From Candidatus Omnitrophota bacterium (GTDB taxonomy: Bacteria; Omnitrophota; Gorgyraeia; Duberdicusellales; 4484-171): DNA of 64,000 bases. The notes beneath the pieces were generated by a model. That model did not search any database, was not told where the DNA came from, and saw only the letters and a list, made by a program, of their open reading frames with translations. The DNA is taken from positions 3,789-67,788 of the forward strand of contig JAQUWY010000005.1 in assembly GCA_028692655.1 (NCBI GenBank). The letters are read 5' to 3'. The translations under genes and the position numbers were made by a program. Of the stretch, positions 15,001-27,000 are shown one piece after another. Each line of letters starts with the position of its first letter. Positions within the stretch are counted from its first letter, which is position 1.

Positions 15001-18000
15001 TTATGGATACTGGCAACAGGCAAAACAAAAGTAAAAGTCGTTCCGGGTGTGGTACGGACTCCTGAACTTATCATTTTCAGCGTCTGCATCATAGCCGGAA
15101 GCGCTAATACGGCTTCTTTGACTTCTTTTATCTGTTCGATATCGCTGAATTGGTGGGTTAGAGCGGCATACGCTACTCTTTCACCCCAGACATAACTCCC
15201 TGTATTCTGAGTTACATTGTATAATAACCGATGATTTGCCCCTAACACATCCAGTATATATCCCTGTACAACATTTACTGCCTTCCCAATGGCGCTTTTA
15301 TCGCCTTGGATTCCTTCTGCCGGATTTCGCGTAAAACGTTCTCTCATTAATTTTTCTAAAACACCTAAAATAATAACCATATCGATGGCTTCATAATAAT
15401 AGTCTTCAGCAGTATATCCAATAACACCAGGCTGATGATAAGGATCTCCCAAGGCTGCTCTTGATACACTGTCTATACGGTTAGCCCATCTTTTTGTTTC
15501 TTCTTCTAAAGTTACATACAATTCTCCTATATATTTACGCAAAACATACCCAACCTCAGGCTCACCAAGCATTGGCAATTCTTCAATTATGCCTTCAGTG
15601 AGCGAATCTATTTCAATCATTACTTCGGGCACCCGATAACTTTCAGCTAAACCAAGCCCCCTTGATTCACCTTTGCCTGAAATTCCCAAAACGAGCATTG
15701 CCTGGCGCCCGTCATACCCCGCCGGGATTAAAAGCTTCGCGGGTAAACCTTTTAAGTTGTCGGTGATAGCAATTCTAAGTTTTCCATTTCTGTCTATAGA
15801 CATACTGGCTTTGATTACAAGTTCATTAAGCTGTTTATTAGCTTCAGCCTCATCATAAGCGTTTCTTAAAACATTGGAAACAGCGTTCTCCAAAGCTATT
15901 GGATCAACTCGAATTAAATAATCTTCATTCAGTTTTTTATGGACTGCCAAATTAGCAGGACGCCCTATACGCGCCATGACCCAAGCGTTTTTGATAATTC
16001 TAATTACTTCTCTTATATTGACAAGCTGCGTTGTATCCTGGCCGGTAAAATGCCCATATCTATTATTCAAAATTCTTAAAACATCTTCAAAACCTTCCAG
16101 GGTTTCTTGGTACAAAACTTTAAATTGCCGGTTTGCCGTTAACCTCTTTGCTAATTCAGAAAATTTATTCTTCGCTTGAGTGATCGCTTTTATTATCCTG
16201 TTAAACTCTTCTTTCCATTCATCAACCTGAACTCTGCTTACAGGCTCACCCGGTATTATCGCCTCTTTAATTTGATTATGCAGTATTCTTAAAGCTCCTC
16301 GGCCGGCATATCCATTTTTAGCAAGAACGTTCTTTATCCGCTTTAATTCCGGTAATAAATCCCTAAGCTTGGTACGCCTGCCTAACTCTTCTATGCTATC
16401 AGTAATTACTCCAATCTTTTCGGCATTAAACAGCGCTATTACAATTTCGGTTGCCGCGCTATGTTCAAGGCTTCTTATAGCATAAGCGATTCTTTCCGCT
16501 TCTTTATCTGTAACCTTATCGCCGTCGGCCGCTGTATCTTTAACCTGCCCGCCTAATCGCTCAAGGAGCTCGCGGACAGAACTTTTATAACCGGTTATCC
16601 AACGCGCGGCCAACACATATAACCCAGAAGAACTTAGCCAGTCTTGCAATTCTTTAACTTGGCTATGCTCTAAACCGCCTATAAAAGCCAAAAGCTCGTG
16701 GCGAATAATCCATTCTTTTGTTTTTAAAAGCCACTGGTCCCTTAATTTTTGCTGGTAATACCACTTGGTATTATTAAACAAATTGGAATCAAAATACAAA
16801 GCGGTTGGATTTCCATAATTGTCAATACGCATGCAAGCGCCGCATTCAAGTCCGTCCACCTCAAATATCCAGCCCTCTCTTAACAATTGCGATAACTCCT
16901 CTTTCTTCTTCTCTGCAAGCGCTATTGCCTTAGCCATTTCTGGCGTAATATTCCCCACTGGCGTACCAATTTTGAGAACTAATCCTATTAATTCATCTAA
17001 TAAAGCATCGTAATTGCCTATTAATATTTCTGCTTGAGAACTGCCAAAGCGAATCTTTCGTGGCCCTTTATATTTGTTCAATAATGCTTCTATTTCTTCT
17101 TTTGCTCTCCCGTCAGCTGAAGAATCTTTGGCTGACTGTGTTAAACCAGCCTGCTTAAATAATATTCTCCTGGTAAAATCAAGCAACATTGTTAAAACAG
17201 GTATAATAAACCACAGCGGATTAAGTAAAAGGCTATTGGCCATCATCCAAATAATAATAACTGCCGCAGATATAGCTATTGATAAAGAATGGTTATTATT
17301 TTTTTCTACATTCGGATAGCTCAAAGGAGAAGCGTAAGGATTTATTTCTTCCGGTTGTTTTTCCTCCCTTCCTTCTTGTCCTCTCTTATTTACCTGTGCC
17401 CGCAAAATCCTATATGCCAAATAGCCTAAGCCTAAAACCACCACAGCAGCTATTATATAAGATAAGGCGGTTACCAAAGCCCCAGCAGATGCTCCAGTCA
17501 TACCCGCCTCTCCGGCAAAAGCAGTATTAGCTGCACTAACAACACCTAAGCCAAAAAAGACAGATGCTGTTCGTCCCAGAACACTTTCCACAACGGGGCC
17601 TGCTGTCTTCAGAGATTCATTTAATTCCACCTGACTAATTTTAGGTATCCGGTCTAAATCCCTACGGTTTTTTATGCTTCTTTTTATAAGTTCTCTGGCA
17701 GCATAGTCCGGCTGGCCGCTAACAAAAGGCAGTATCCCTTCAAACCCTTGACGGATAGGAACAAGATTCCAGTTATCCGGCTGTGTTAAGGCAACAACAG
17801 CAGCCAGCTCCTCAATGGTTAAAACTTCAACTATTCCTTCGCTAATACGCCCGCGCTTTTCTTCTATAGCCTTAATTTCGGCCATAGCTTTTGACTTATC
17901 ATCATTGGCTTCATCTGTAAATATTCTTTTAAATAATTCTTCCCTTTGCTTTTCTTCTTCGGCACCGGCCTGTAGCTTTCCTATTATTACTATGGCTTCG

Positions 18001-21000
18001 GCTATTTTTTTTATTTCTTCTAACAACTTTGTACTTTCTGATTTTATCCGCAATACCTCTCTTTTTCTATTGTTAAACGCAGCCGAAAGCCTTGGGTTAA
18101 GATTCAAATCTATATTATTGGAAATATTACTTAATATTTCTTCCGCATCAGAAATCTGCTCAATCACATCTTGCAGCATGCCTTGTAGAAGCTCTAAATA
18201 CTCCTTTGCATCATTTATATAACCTTTAGGTTTTGTTTTTCCAAATTCTCTTAGTAACTTACCCATTTCTCTCTTTGCAATCTCGGTTTGGCCCTCAACA
18301 TTGCCAAGAACACTATTAACCATATTTACCAATGCTTGAAAATCTTTCTCAGCCCGTTTTCTTTTATCTATTTGATCAATTCCTTCTTGTTTCTTCCTAA
18401 TGGACGCAATTACTCTTTTCTGCCCTTCATCGCTCAGACTTTCTGCCTTATGCATTATCTCAAATAATAAACGCTGCGCGGAAGCCTCAGCCGCGTTAAC
18501 AGCCTCAACTTCTTTTATAAGATTATTTACCGCTTCTTCTTCGCGGTCATTTACGTTTCCTTCAGCCTCAAAATTATCTCCTGAACCTGGCCGGCTTGCG
18601 TCAAGTTGTCTTGCTGCTATTTTTCTTCTTATATCCTCGCGTTTTCTTATAGCTTCAGCTAATTCTCCCCTGGCTTTTAGCAGGCTTCTTTCTCTTTCTT
18701 CCTGCAATTCTTTATACCCTTCTAATCTTTCATACTCCATCTCTCTGCTCTTTACTTCTAATATGAGCAAACGCGTTTTTACTCTGCTTATTTCTTTTTC
18801 AGCCGCAAAAACCTCCTCTTTTATGCTGTTTTCTTCCCGAAGTTTTTTTAGTTCCTTCTCGGCCTCCCGTAATCCGATCGTTTCTTTTGTAAACTTTCCA
18901 TCTAACTGAATTTTTTGAGGCATTTTGTTAGGCTCTAAATTTGCAAGTGCTATTGCATACCGGTTTATTATTTCTTCTAATTCGGCAATTCTTTTTGCGT
19001 TCTGGCTTTTTGCTTTTTCAATTCTACTCAGTAACTCTTTCTTAAAAGTTTTCTGTTTATTCACAATTTCAGCAATTTGTGTAAGAGTAGTTATTTGCAA
19101 TAAAGAAATTTCCCTTTCGATTTTCTCGATAAACTCTGGATTGCGTGCCCTTGCATTTTCTAATCGTTTACGCGCGCTAATTCTTGTACGGTTTTTAACT
19201 TCTAAAGCGTCCTTGCCTCTATATTTCAAAGCTTCTTTAATCCTGCCAAGGCCTTTACGTAATCTTCTTATCTGATGCCGCAATTCCCAAATTGTCTGAT
19301 TTATTTTATCCTTTTCCTCAATAAGTTCGGACAAAGTGCTTTCTTTATTTGGCTCAGATGCCGGATTCAAAGCAACAATATCTTTTTCCAACTTTGATAT
19401 CCTGGCTTCACTTTCCTTAAGCTCTTTGCGCATACTAGCCAATTTTTCCTTAACCTTCATTAACTCCCTAGCTAACTGTGTTTCTTTATAGTTTACGTTC
19501 TGCGCTTGCTCTGCGTTCTCTATATCCCCATATACTCTTTCTAATTCTTCTTCTAAATCTTTGATTAACTTTTCAAGACGCGCTTTCTCTTCATTTTCAG
19601 GCTTTAGCTTATCTTTTAACTTAGCAATTATCTCTTCAGGCGTTTCGTTTGATGGCTTTGCCGGAAGAAATGCTTCTTCTTTAGCTTTATCAGCTTTTTC
19701 AGGTTTTTTAGTTGGCTCGTTATCGTCTGATTTTTCTTCCGGCGGCGCTTGCGGTTTTTTAGGCTGTTTGGGGCTTTCTTTTGAAGCTTTAAAATCCCTA
19801 TTTCTTAAATAACTCCTTAACCAGGTTGCAGCAAGACCGAGAATGAATCCGGTAACAAACCCGCCAAAAAATGCAACAACATTAACTGTAGTAATATAAG
19901 CTGTTATACCGCCTACAATACCGGAAAAAGATGCCATAGGTGTGGTTGAATTTGAAGAATTTCTATTTTGACGTGATTTTTTTACTCTTAAGCCGGTAAA
20001 CATACCAGCCAATAGCCCAAGGATTGTGCCGATAATAAATGCAATCCATGGGTAATTTTTACCGGCAAGTTCTCGTTCAGCCTGTTTAGCTTTGATTAAA
20101 TTTTCTGCGGTTTCTTTTGTCTTCTCTGCCTTTATCTTTAGCTCATCTACAGCATCGGCAAAATTTCTTGCCGCCTCAGCGGTTTCTCTTGCCTGTCTGG
20201 CCATTTCTTCTGTGGCGCTCTTAATTTTCTGCCATTTATTTAAATCAGCTATTGCATCAGTAAGGTCTTGATTATATCTTTCTAAATCAGATTTTGCTTT
20301 CTCAATCTGGGCCTTTAACCCAGCAGCCCGTTTTGCCTTAACATTCTTATAGTTAGGATTATTAATTACCTGTTTTTTGCCTTGTCCTGAGCAATTGCAG
20401 GAGTCGCAAGGAACTGCGTTAATGGTTATTGATTTTATATTTTCCGGTAAAAACCTTAACCGAGCTTTTAATCTCTGTGATACCCGGCCAGGATGTGGAC
20501 TTTCGTAACGACGGATATTTGCCTTTACATTATCAATACTTATAGTGACCCTCAAGTAGCCTTGCCCCTCTCTTTTATCTTTCTCATTTATCGGCCTATT
20601 TAATTCTATTCTTGCTTCATTTTCTAACATTCCACTATAATCCTGCACTAAAATATCATAATATCCCGGGTTACCACCCTTAATAATCCTATCCACTTCA
20701 TTATCTGCACTGTCATAAGGATTGGGTGATTTTATAATAGTGTTGTACGACGGCAAAGCATAGAGGGTGTTGTCGTCCTTACCCGCTTGAGTAAGATTAC
20801 TCTTAAGCGTTTGTAATAGTGCTTCTGTTTTGCCTATTGATTCTTTTACTCTATCAACTCTGGCCTGAATAGCATCAACCTTAGCCTGTACCGCTTCAAC
20901 TAATTTATCAAACTTATCAGCAACTTTATCAAGCCTGTCAGCAACCATGCGCGCTTCAGTTGCTGTTACACCCAATTTTTTAATAATATCTTCTATCGCC

Positions 21001-24000
21001 TTAATTTTTGCGCGGACATCATCCTCGGCATTTTGCGAATCAACTGATGGCGTTGCCATTAACTTATCAACCGCTGCTTGCAATTGGTTTATTGCTTCAT
21101 TAGCTTTTTCAGATAACTTAACTGCTTCGTCTGCATTTACCTCTGCTTCTTTGGCTAAATTCTCGGCTTCAATTAGCGATACTTTAGTTTGTTCTACCTT
21201 TTCTTTGCCGGGAACTTCCCTTTCTTGTTGCTGGGCAAGCCTTTCATTGAGGCTAGTTTTATCTTTAACTAATTGGGCTTTTTTGCGGCTTAATTCTGCT
21301 ATTTGCGTTTTTATTTTTCTTATTTGTGATTGAATATGTTCAACTTTTTTAGTACCGCCTACGGATTCGGCCTGTACATATTCATAACGCTGCGTTGCAG
21401 CATTTCTTAATCCGGGAAAGATTGCTCCTTTTCCTCGTGAAGCCCTTCCCCTCGACCATCTAGCAAGCAAACCGTTGCGGACATATCCACCGTCAATAAC
21501 AACCTCTTTTTCTTCCGTCTCTTGAGCTTTTCTTAAACTTTCCTGTAACCTATCTAATCTTCCCTGCAGTTCCGATATTTTCGCAATTATCTCTTGTTGG
21601 CCTTCGTCCAAATCGCCCAATTTTTCTTTCAGTACTTCTGTTCCATTTTGCGCATCCTTCAAACTATTGTTTAAAAGCTCTTCTTCTCCCTTTAATTCCT
21701 CTACCCTATTCTTAAATTTTTCTGCTTCTGTAGCATAGATTTCGGCTTTCGTTTCCACATTATCAACTGCTTCATCCAAACCTTGTAAAGCTCTTTTTAG
21801 GTCTTCTTCTGCGGTTTTTACATCTATTATCGGTTTATTATCACTTTTAGACACTGATGGCTGGTGACGGGTAGCTGGTGTGAGTTTTTTATCTTCGGAA
21901 ATCTGCTTGTCCCGTGACAAAGTTTTTGCGGGTTGTGCGCTTTTTTCAGCAGCTGGTAATTTTTTCGCTGGCGGACCTATCGCAGGCGGTAACTTAATCT
22001 GAGGAGAAATGATAGGCCCTTGCTGAGTAGGTAATTCCAACGATTTTGATGATGTCGGCATAGCCGGCGCTATTGGCCCTTTATCTATCCCTGGCATTAC
22101 CGGTTTTACTTTTAACTCCGTAGATGTTTGAGCTGGTTTCGTTGGCTCTGCTTCAGGTTGTACTGGTTTAGTTTTAGCTACAGGTGGTTTTGGCTGAGTA
22201 GTTTTCGGGGCGGCCGGCCTCGCTACCGATGCTGGGACTGCGGCTTTCGCTTCTTTAGTTGCAGCTTTTCTAGCAGCCAATCTTTCTTCTTTGGCTTCTT
22301 TAGCCAATCTTGCCTTCTCAACGAGAGCTTCTTGGGCAGCTTTTTCTGCGTCCACTCTTTCTTGTTGGAGCCTTGCTGCTTCAGCTTGTCTGGCTGCTTC
22401 TTCTACGCGGGCTTTTGCGACAGCTTTCATTGCTTCGGCTTGAACAGCCTTTGCAGTAGAAACCGCCTCTTCTAAAGAATCGAATGAATGCTTGCCGGTT
22501 TTGTATTCATAGCCTATATAGATACTTATACTCGGGCCGGCACTAGTGGCTCTTGTTTCAGCCATAACTCTGGCCTGTTCTCTTTCTGCCTGACCCATAT
22601 TTAAGAACTCTTTGCCGCCGACACTGTAAGTAGCTTTTCTTTCTACTTTGATTCCTAAACCAGGATGTTGTGTGTCCACCCTTTCTTGCTCTTTCCGTAA
22701 AGCATCTGCGATTTTCTGTCTTTTCTGCTCAATTCTCTCTAGGGCTTTTTTGATTGTCTCTTTTATTTTATCTTTTACTTGGTGGCTAACTCTTTCATCG
22801 GTTTTGAAACTATTAATAATTTGTACTGCGCCATCAAAATTTTCATGGTCAACCGCCAAACTCAACGCTTCTTCCCAGCGGCTTTGCAATTGTTCCTGAG
22901 CTTTCCGGTCTGTTTCTGCTTGCTTTTCAGCATCTATTTTGCCTCTTAGCTTTAAGCCTCTGGCCGTTGAACCTTCTTTAGATTTAACCGGCTGTGTATT
23001 TTCACCAACCTCTAGTTTAACTGCCACCTCAAAGCTTTTGTTACGAGTTTTTTCTGGTTTGCTAACCATTACTTTTTTATTCCTAAGTTTAATTAAAGAA
23101 TTACCAATAGTCCCGGCTATTTGATCTTTATTTCTTTCTCCTACCATCGTAAGCTCAGGTTTGTTTTGGCCATCTACAACAACTGCAATATAAGGAATAC
23201 TTTCAACTCCATAACGCTGAATGACAGAAAGGTTACTTTCTTTATCTGCATCAACCCTAACCAAAAACACTTCACCCGGATAATCAGCAACAACTGCTTC
23301 AAGTTCAGGAGCAGTTTCTCTGCAAGGACCACACCACGATGCCCAAAAGTCTATTAAAATTACTCTTCCCTTTCCTTCTGCTCTGAGAAATTTATTCAGG
23401 GTAGTTAAACCTTCAGCATTAACAATATTGCTGCTTACCCCATCTATTCCGGAAATATCGTCAGCGGCTTGGCCAATATTAGTCAAAACCGGCGAAGCAA
23501 GTATCAGCGCTCCAAACAAACCAAGCACAACAGCTTTAAACACCGGACGGGCGGCAAGCCTTCCAAATACAGTAGAAGGGGTATATTTTTCTTCTTTTTC
23601 TTCGCTCAAGCCAAAATCCGAATGAATTTTCTCTTTCCCTCCTTCAGTAGTTGATGACAATACCCTCTTAGACCATGCCATATATTCAAAATCATCCGGT
23701 TGTTGTTCTTCTTCAACCTGTCCTGTGGCTTCCCCTTTTATTGTTTCTCGAATAGTGCTCCAATTTAGGTCAGATTTCCTTCTTTCTACCTCGGGCTTCT
23801 GCGCTTTAACAGCTTTGCTTATCAGCCAAATGGCCGTAACGGCCGCTAAAATAATTAAGGCCAATTTTGCCCACAAAGGCATTGTGGCCACAGCTACCGG
23901 TTTTGCCGCCCCCATTAAAAATGGTGTGATCCCTGTTAACATCAACGCCGAAATTTTGCTATGGACTGCTTGTCCTGAGCGAAGTCGAAGGATGGACTGT

Positions 24001-27000
24001 GAACTATCGACTGCCTTGGCGCTGCCGCGGCCAACCGCCATAGCCTGATCTACTGCAGATTGATGGGCATAGACAGGAATCCCCTCTAATCTGCGTAAAT
24101 CTGCGTTTCTTTCAATCTGCGCTAATCTGCGTCCCTCAGCTGAGATTAATATTTCTGACGTGATAGACTGGAGCGGCTGAGTAACACGCCTCAATTGACC
24201 TTTTGATATTTCCGGCCTCAGCTTCATCAAGGAGCTTGAAGTTCTCTCTAATCTGCTGTTTAACATCACCATAGGAGTTGATAAGGTAGTTTTCAATCCT
24301 GCCCCTACTGTCTCTTGCTGAGGCAAAAATCGTGCCGTCAGTTGTTCCAACCACGAAATGAGTGAAGATAAGTTTAGTAACCATGACAAACCTCCTTTTG
24401 ATTCGTATAGTGTATGTCGTATTTCGTATGTCGTTAAAGTTGCACTGGAGGCCCCCGTAGGGGTTTGGGGGGAGGCGTGGGAGCCTCCTGCAACTTTATT
24501 TCGTATGTCGTATATCGTATATCGTATATCGTTAGGTAAGGAAAGGATAGAAGAAGCCGCTTTACTAAGAGAGCTTTCTCCGCCTACACGCCGAGATTCC
24601 GCCACGGAAGAGCTTCGACGGGCAAGCATAGATAGACCCTTAGCAAGCGGCATTATACTTATTCGTGGAAATTTGCGTTTTATGTCTGCAGGTAAGGAAG
24701 ATACAAAAGACAAGATTTTTGTAAACTTGTAGCTTATAACATCTAACTTGTGACTTTTTACAGGCGGAGCAAGGCTGTTGGCATTATAATAAGAAGACGA
24801 ATCTCTTGCTTTTGCAAGATTAGTTAATATATTAAAAAGCTTTACTACTCTCTTCGGCAGAATTATCTTTTTGCTTGCCGAAGCGCCGCCATTACCTGAA
24901 CCTTTGCCGTTTCCAGAACCTTTTCCGCTGCCCGGAGCTTTTGAGTTACCGGACATACCACTAGCGCTTCCGGACGCAGTCTTCGCACTTCTAAAACCGG
25001 CATTTTCGCCTGATTTTCCTTGTAAAGAGCCTATTTTTCTTCTAATTTGACCAATTTTACGGCCAATAGTTACAAAATCAGCTTTGATTTTACCCTCTGT
25101 TGCCTTGATCCATCGCTGCGCAAAGGTAATCGCGCGACGGACCAACCCGACACCCGGCGAACCTGGGCCATTTATATAATCAAAACCTGACCGCTTGTTG
25201 GCTTCTGTTGACGATAAGTCAAAGGTTGTGCTCCAAATAGCTTTGCCTACCGGAGCCGCATAAGCATCGGCAACGGTAAACATTCCTTTTATGCCTTCAT
25301 AAAACGTATTTGCTGCTCCTAATATTAATATTGTCATTGGCTTTGGCCCGCCTAAAGGAGCGCTTGGCGGTAACGGCAATGTTATGGGCCTGGTTAAAGG
25401 CGGCAAAGCAAATGGCATACCTGTATCATATATTATGGGTTTTTCCGGGCCCAAAGGCGTTGCTGAAGTAACTATCGAAGAGCCTACCGGGCTTTGATCA
25501 GCTTGATTTAGGCCTAAAGCCTCATCTACGTTTATGCCTAAATCCCGGGCTTTTTTCGCCGCCTCATCCATATTATGTTTTGCCGTACTTAAAGACAAGG
25601 CTCCTTTTTCGCCTTTTTGGGAAGCTATATAATCAGAATAGGCATTTTTTAGTGACTGTCTAGCTGACATTCGCTCAGCACTCTCTGCCATATTATGAAC
25701 TGTACCGGCGGCATCGGAGCTAGCAACATCAACCGCACCGGTTCTGGATAAAGCCTCAGTTAAACCGTGCTCTAATTCTGCTAAACCGGCATCTTGAGCT
25801 AAATAGACAGTGTAAGAACCGTCACCGTTGGCCAGAGTAATTTCTTTATCGCCGCGAGAAGTAAGTTGTTTAGCGCTTAATCTCACAACCTTTACCGGAG
25901 CGATTGCTTCAAACTTATTAGCCCTCTCCTGTATATATATAGGTAAGGAGATTTCTTCAGATTCTGCAATCACCTGTTTGGCTTCATCAATATCTTTTTG
26001 GGCCATTCTTCCTTTTTGCCCGGCACCAGCGGCAAATGGATCATCGTCGGACAAAGTTGTTGTATGAGCGCCTTTCTTTGGGCCAGTTTCAGGTAATCTT
26101 TCTGACGGCTGAAAAGCCGCTCTTTCTGCTAAAACTCTCTCCACCAAAGCTTCAAAAGAATCCGGGGGCACTTCTCCATAAAGTTTATCGTCTAAATCGG
26201 TTACTTTAGATAGGAGCTCTCTGAACTTATCTAAAATTCGACCTTCAACCTCCACGCCTTTGTTTTTAGCTTCACCGAAGACAGACTTTAATTCCTTATG
26301 TAAATCTAAATCGGGGTAACCTGCTGAATCTTGCCGTTGACGCTCAATATCATCTAATACTTCCTCAATATATTCAGTCCAATAGACGCTCTCATCTCTT
26401 TCACTAGCTGTCAAATTGCCCTCTTGTGCTTTTTTATTTCTTATCTGCTCAGCAACCTCAGAAAATTCTTCAGCATCACTGTCAATAAACTCATCCGGCG
26501 TAAACTCACCTAAAATAGCTTCACCCCGGCGTAACAATTTGCCTAAACCGACAGCTTTGGCGATGAAATCTTTTTCTGGCATATCCTGGATTTGAAGAAC
26601 TTGCGGCAAGTCTTCTTCTTCGCCCAGAACTTCGAATTCGCGTAGAATTTCTGTCCTGGCCGCGGCGCTGTCCCTAAATGTATCATTTCCTTCTATAGCT
26701 ATGCCCAGCCAGCGCATAAGTGAATTTAATTCGGCTAAATTACTCCGGTACGCGTCATCAGATAAACTCTGGCGAATATCCGTTATTCTTTTCTCGGATT
26801 GTTTAATAGCTTTTTGTATATCCGAAATTTTTTGTTTCAGCTCTTTTTCTCTTGTAACCGCCTCAAGTTGCTCATCAGCTGCTTCTGAACCATAGAATGA
26901 ATCTATAGCGACAGGTTCCATCGCTTTTTCTGCCAGTTGCCTTTCTATAGCTTCCTGCTCTTTCTCTAACCGTTTTTTTGCATCAGCCCAAGCTCTGCTT

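Noticed and set aside
23760-23762. Apparent TGA stop separating two giant genes (from my first reading of the sequence).
   Set aside because: The track ORF 23725..24048 (MASPFIVSRIVLQF..) requires the plus-strand text gtgctccaattt. The minus-frame codon is therefore TGG (Trp), not TGA, and the frame stays open.
24136-24384. 82-aa minus-strand ORF (MVTKLIFTHFVVG..).
   Set aside because: It lies in an alternative frame fully inside the open giant frame and the repeat-rich spacer segment. No SD or domain signal.
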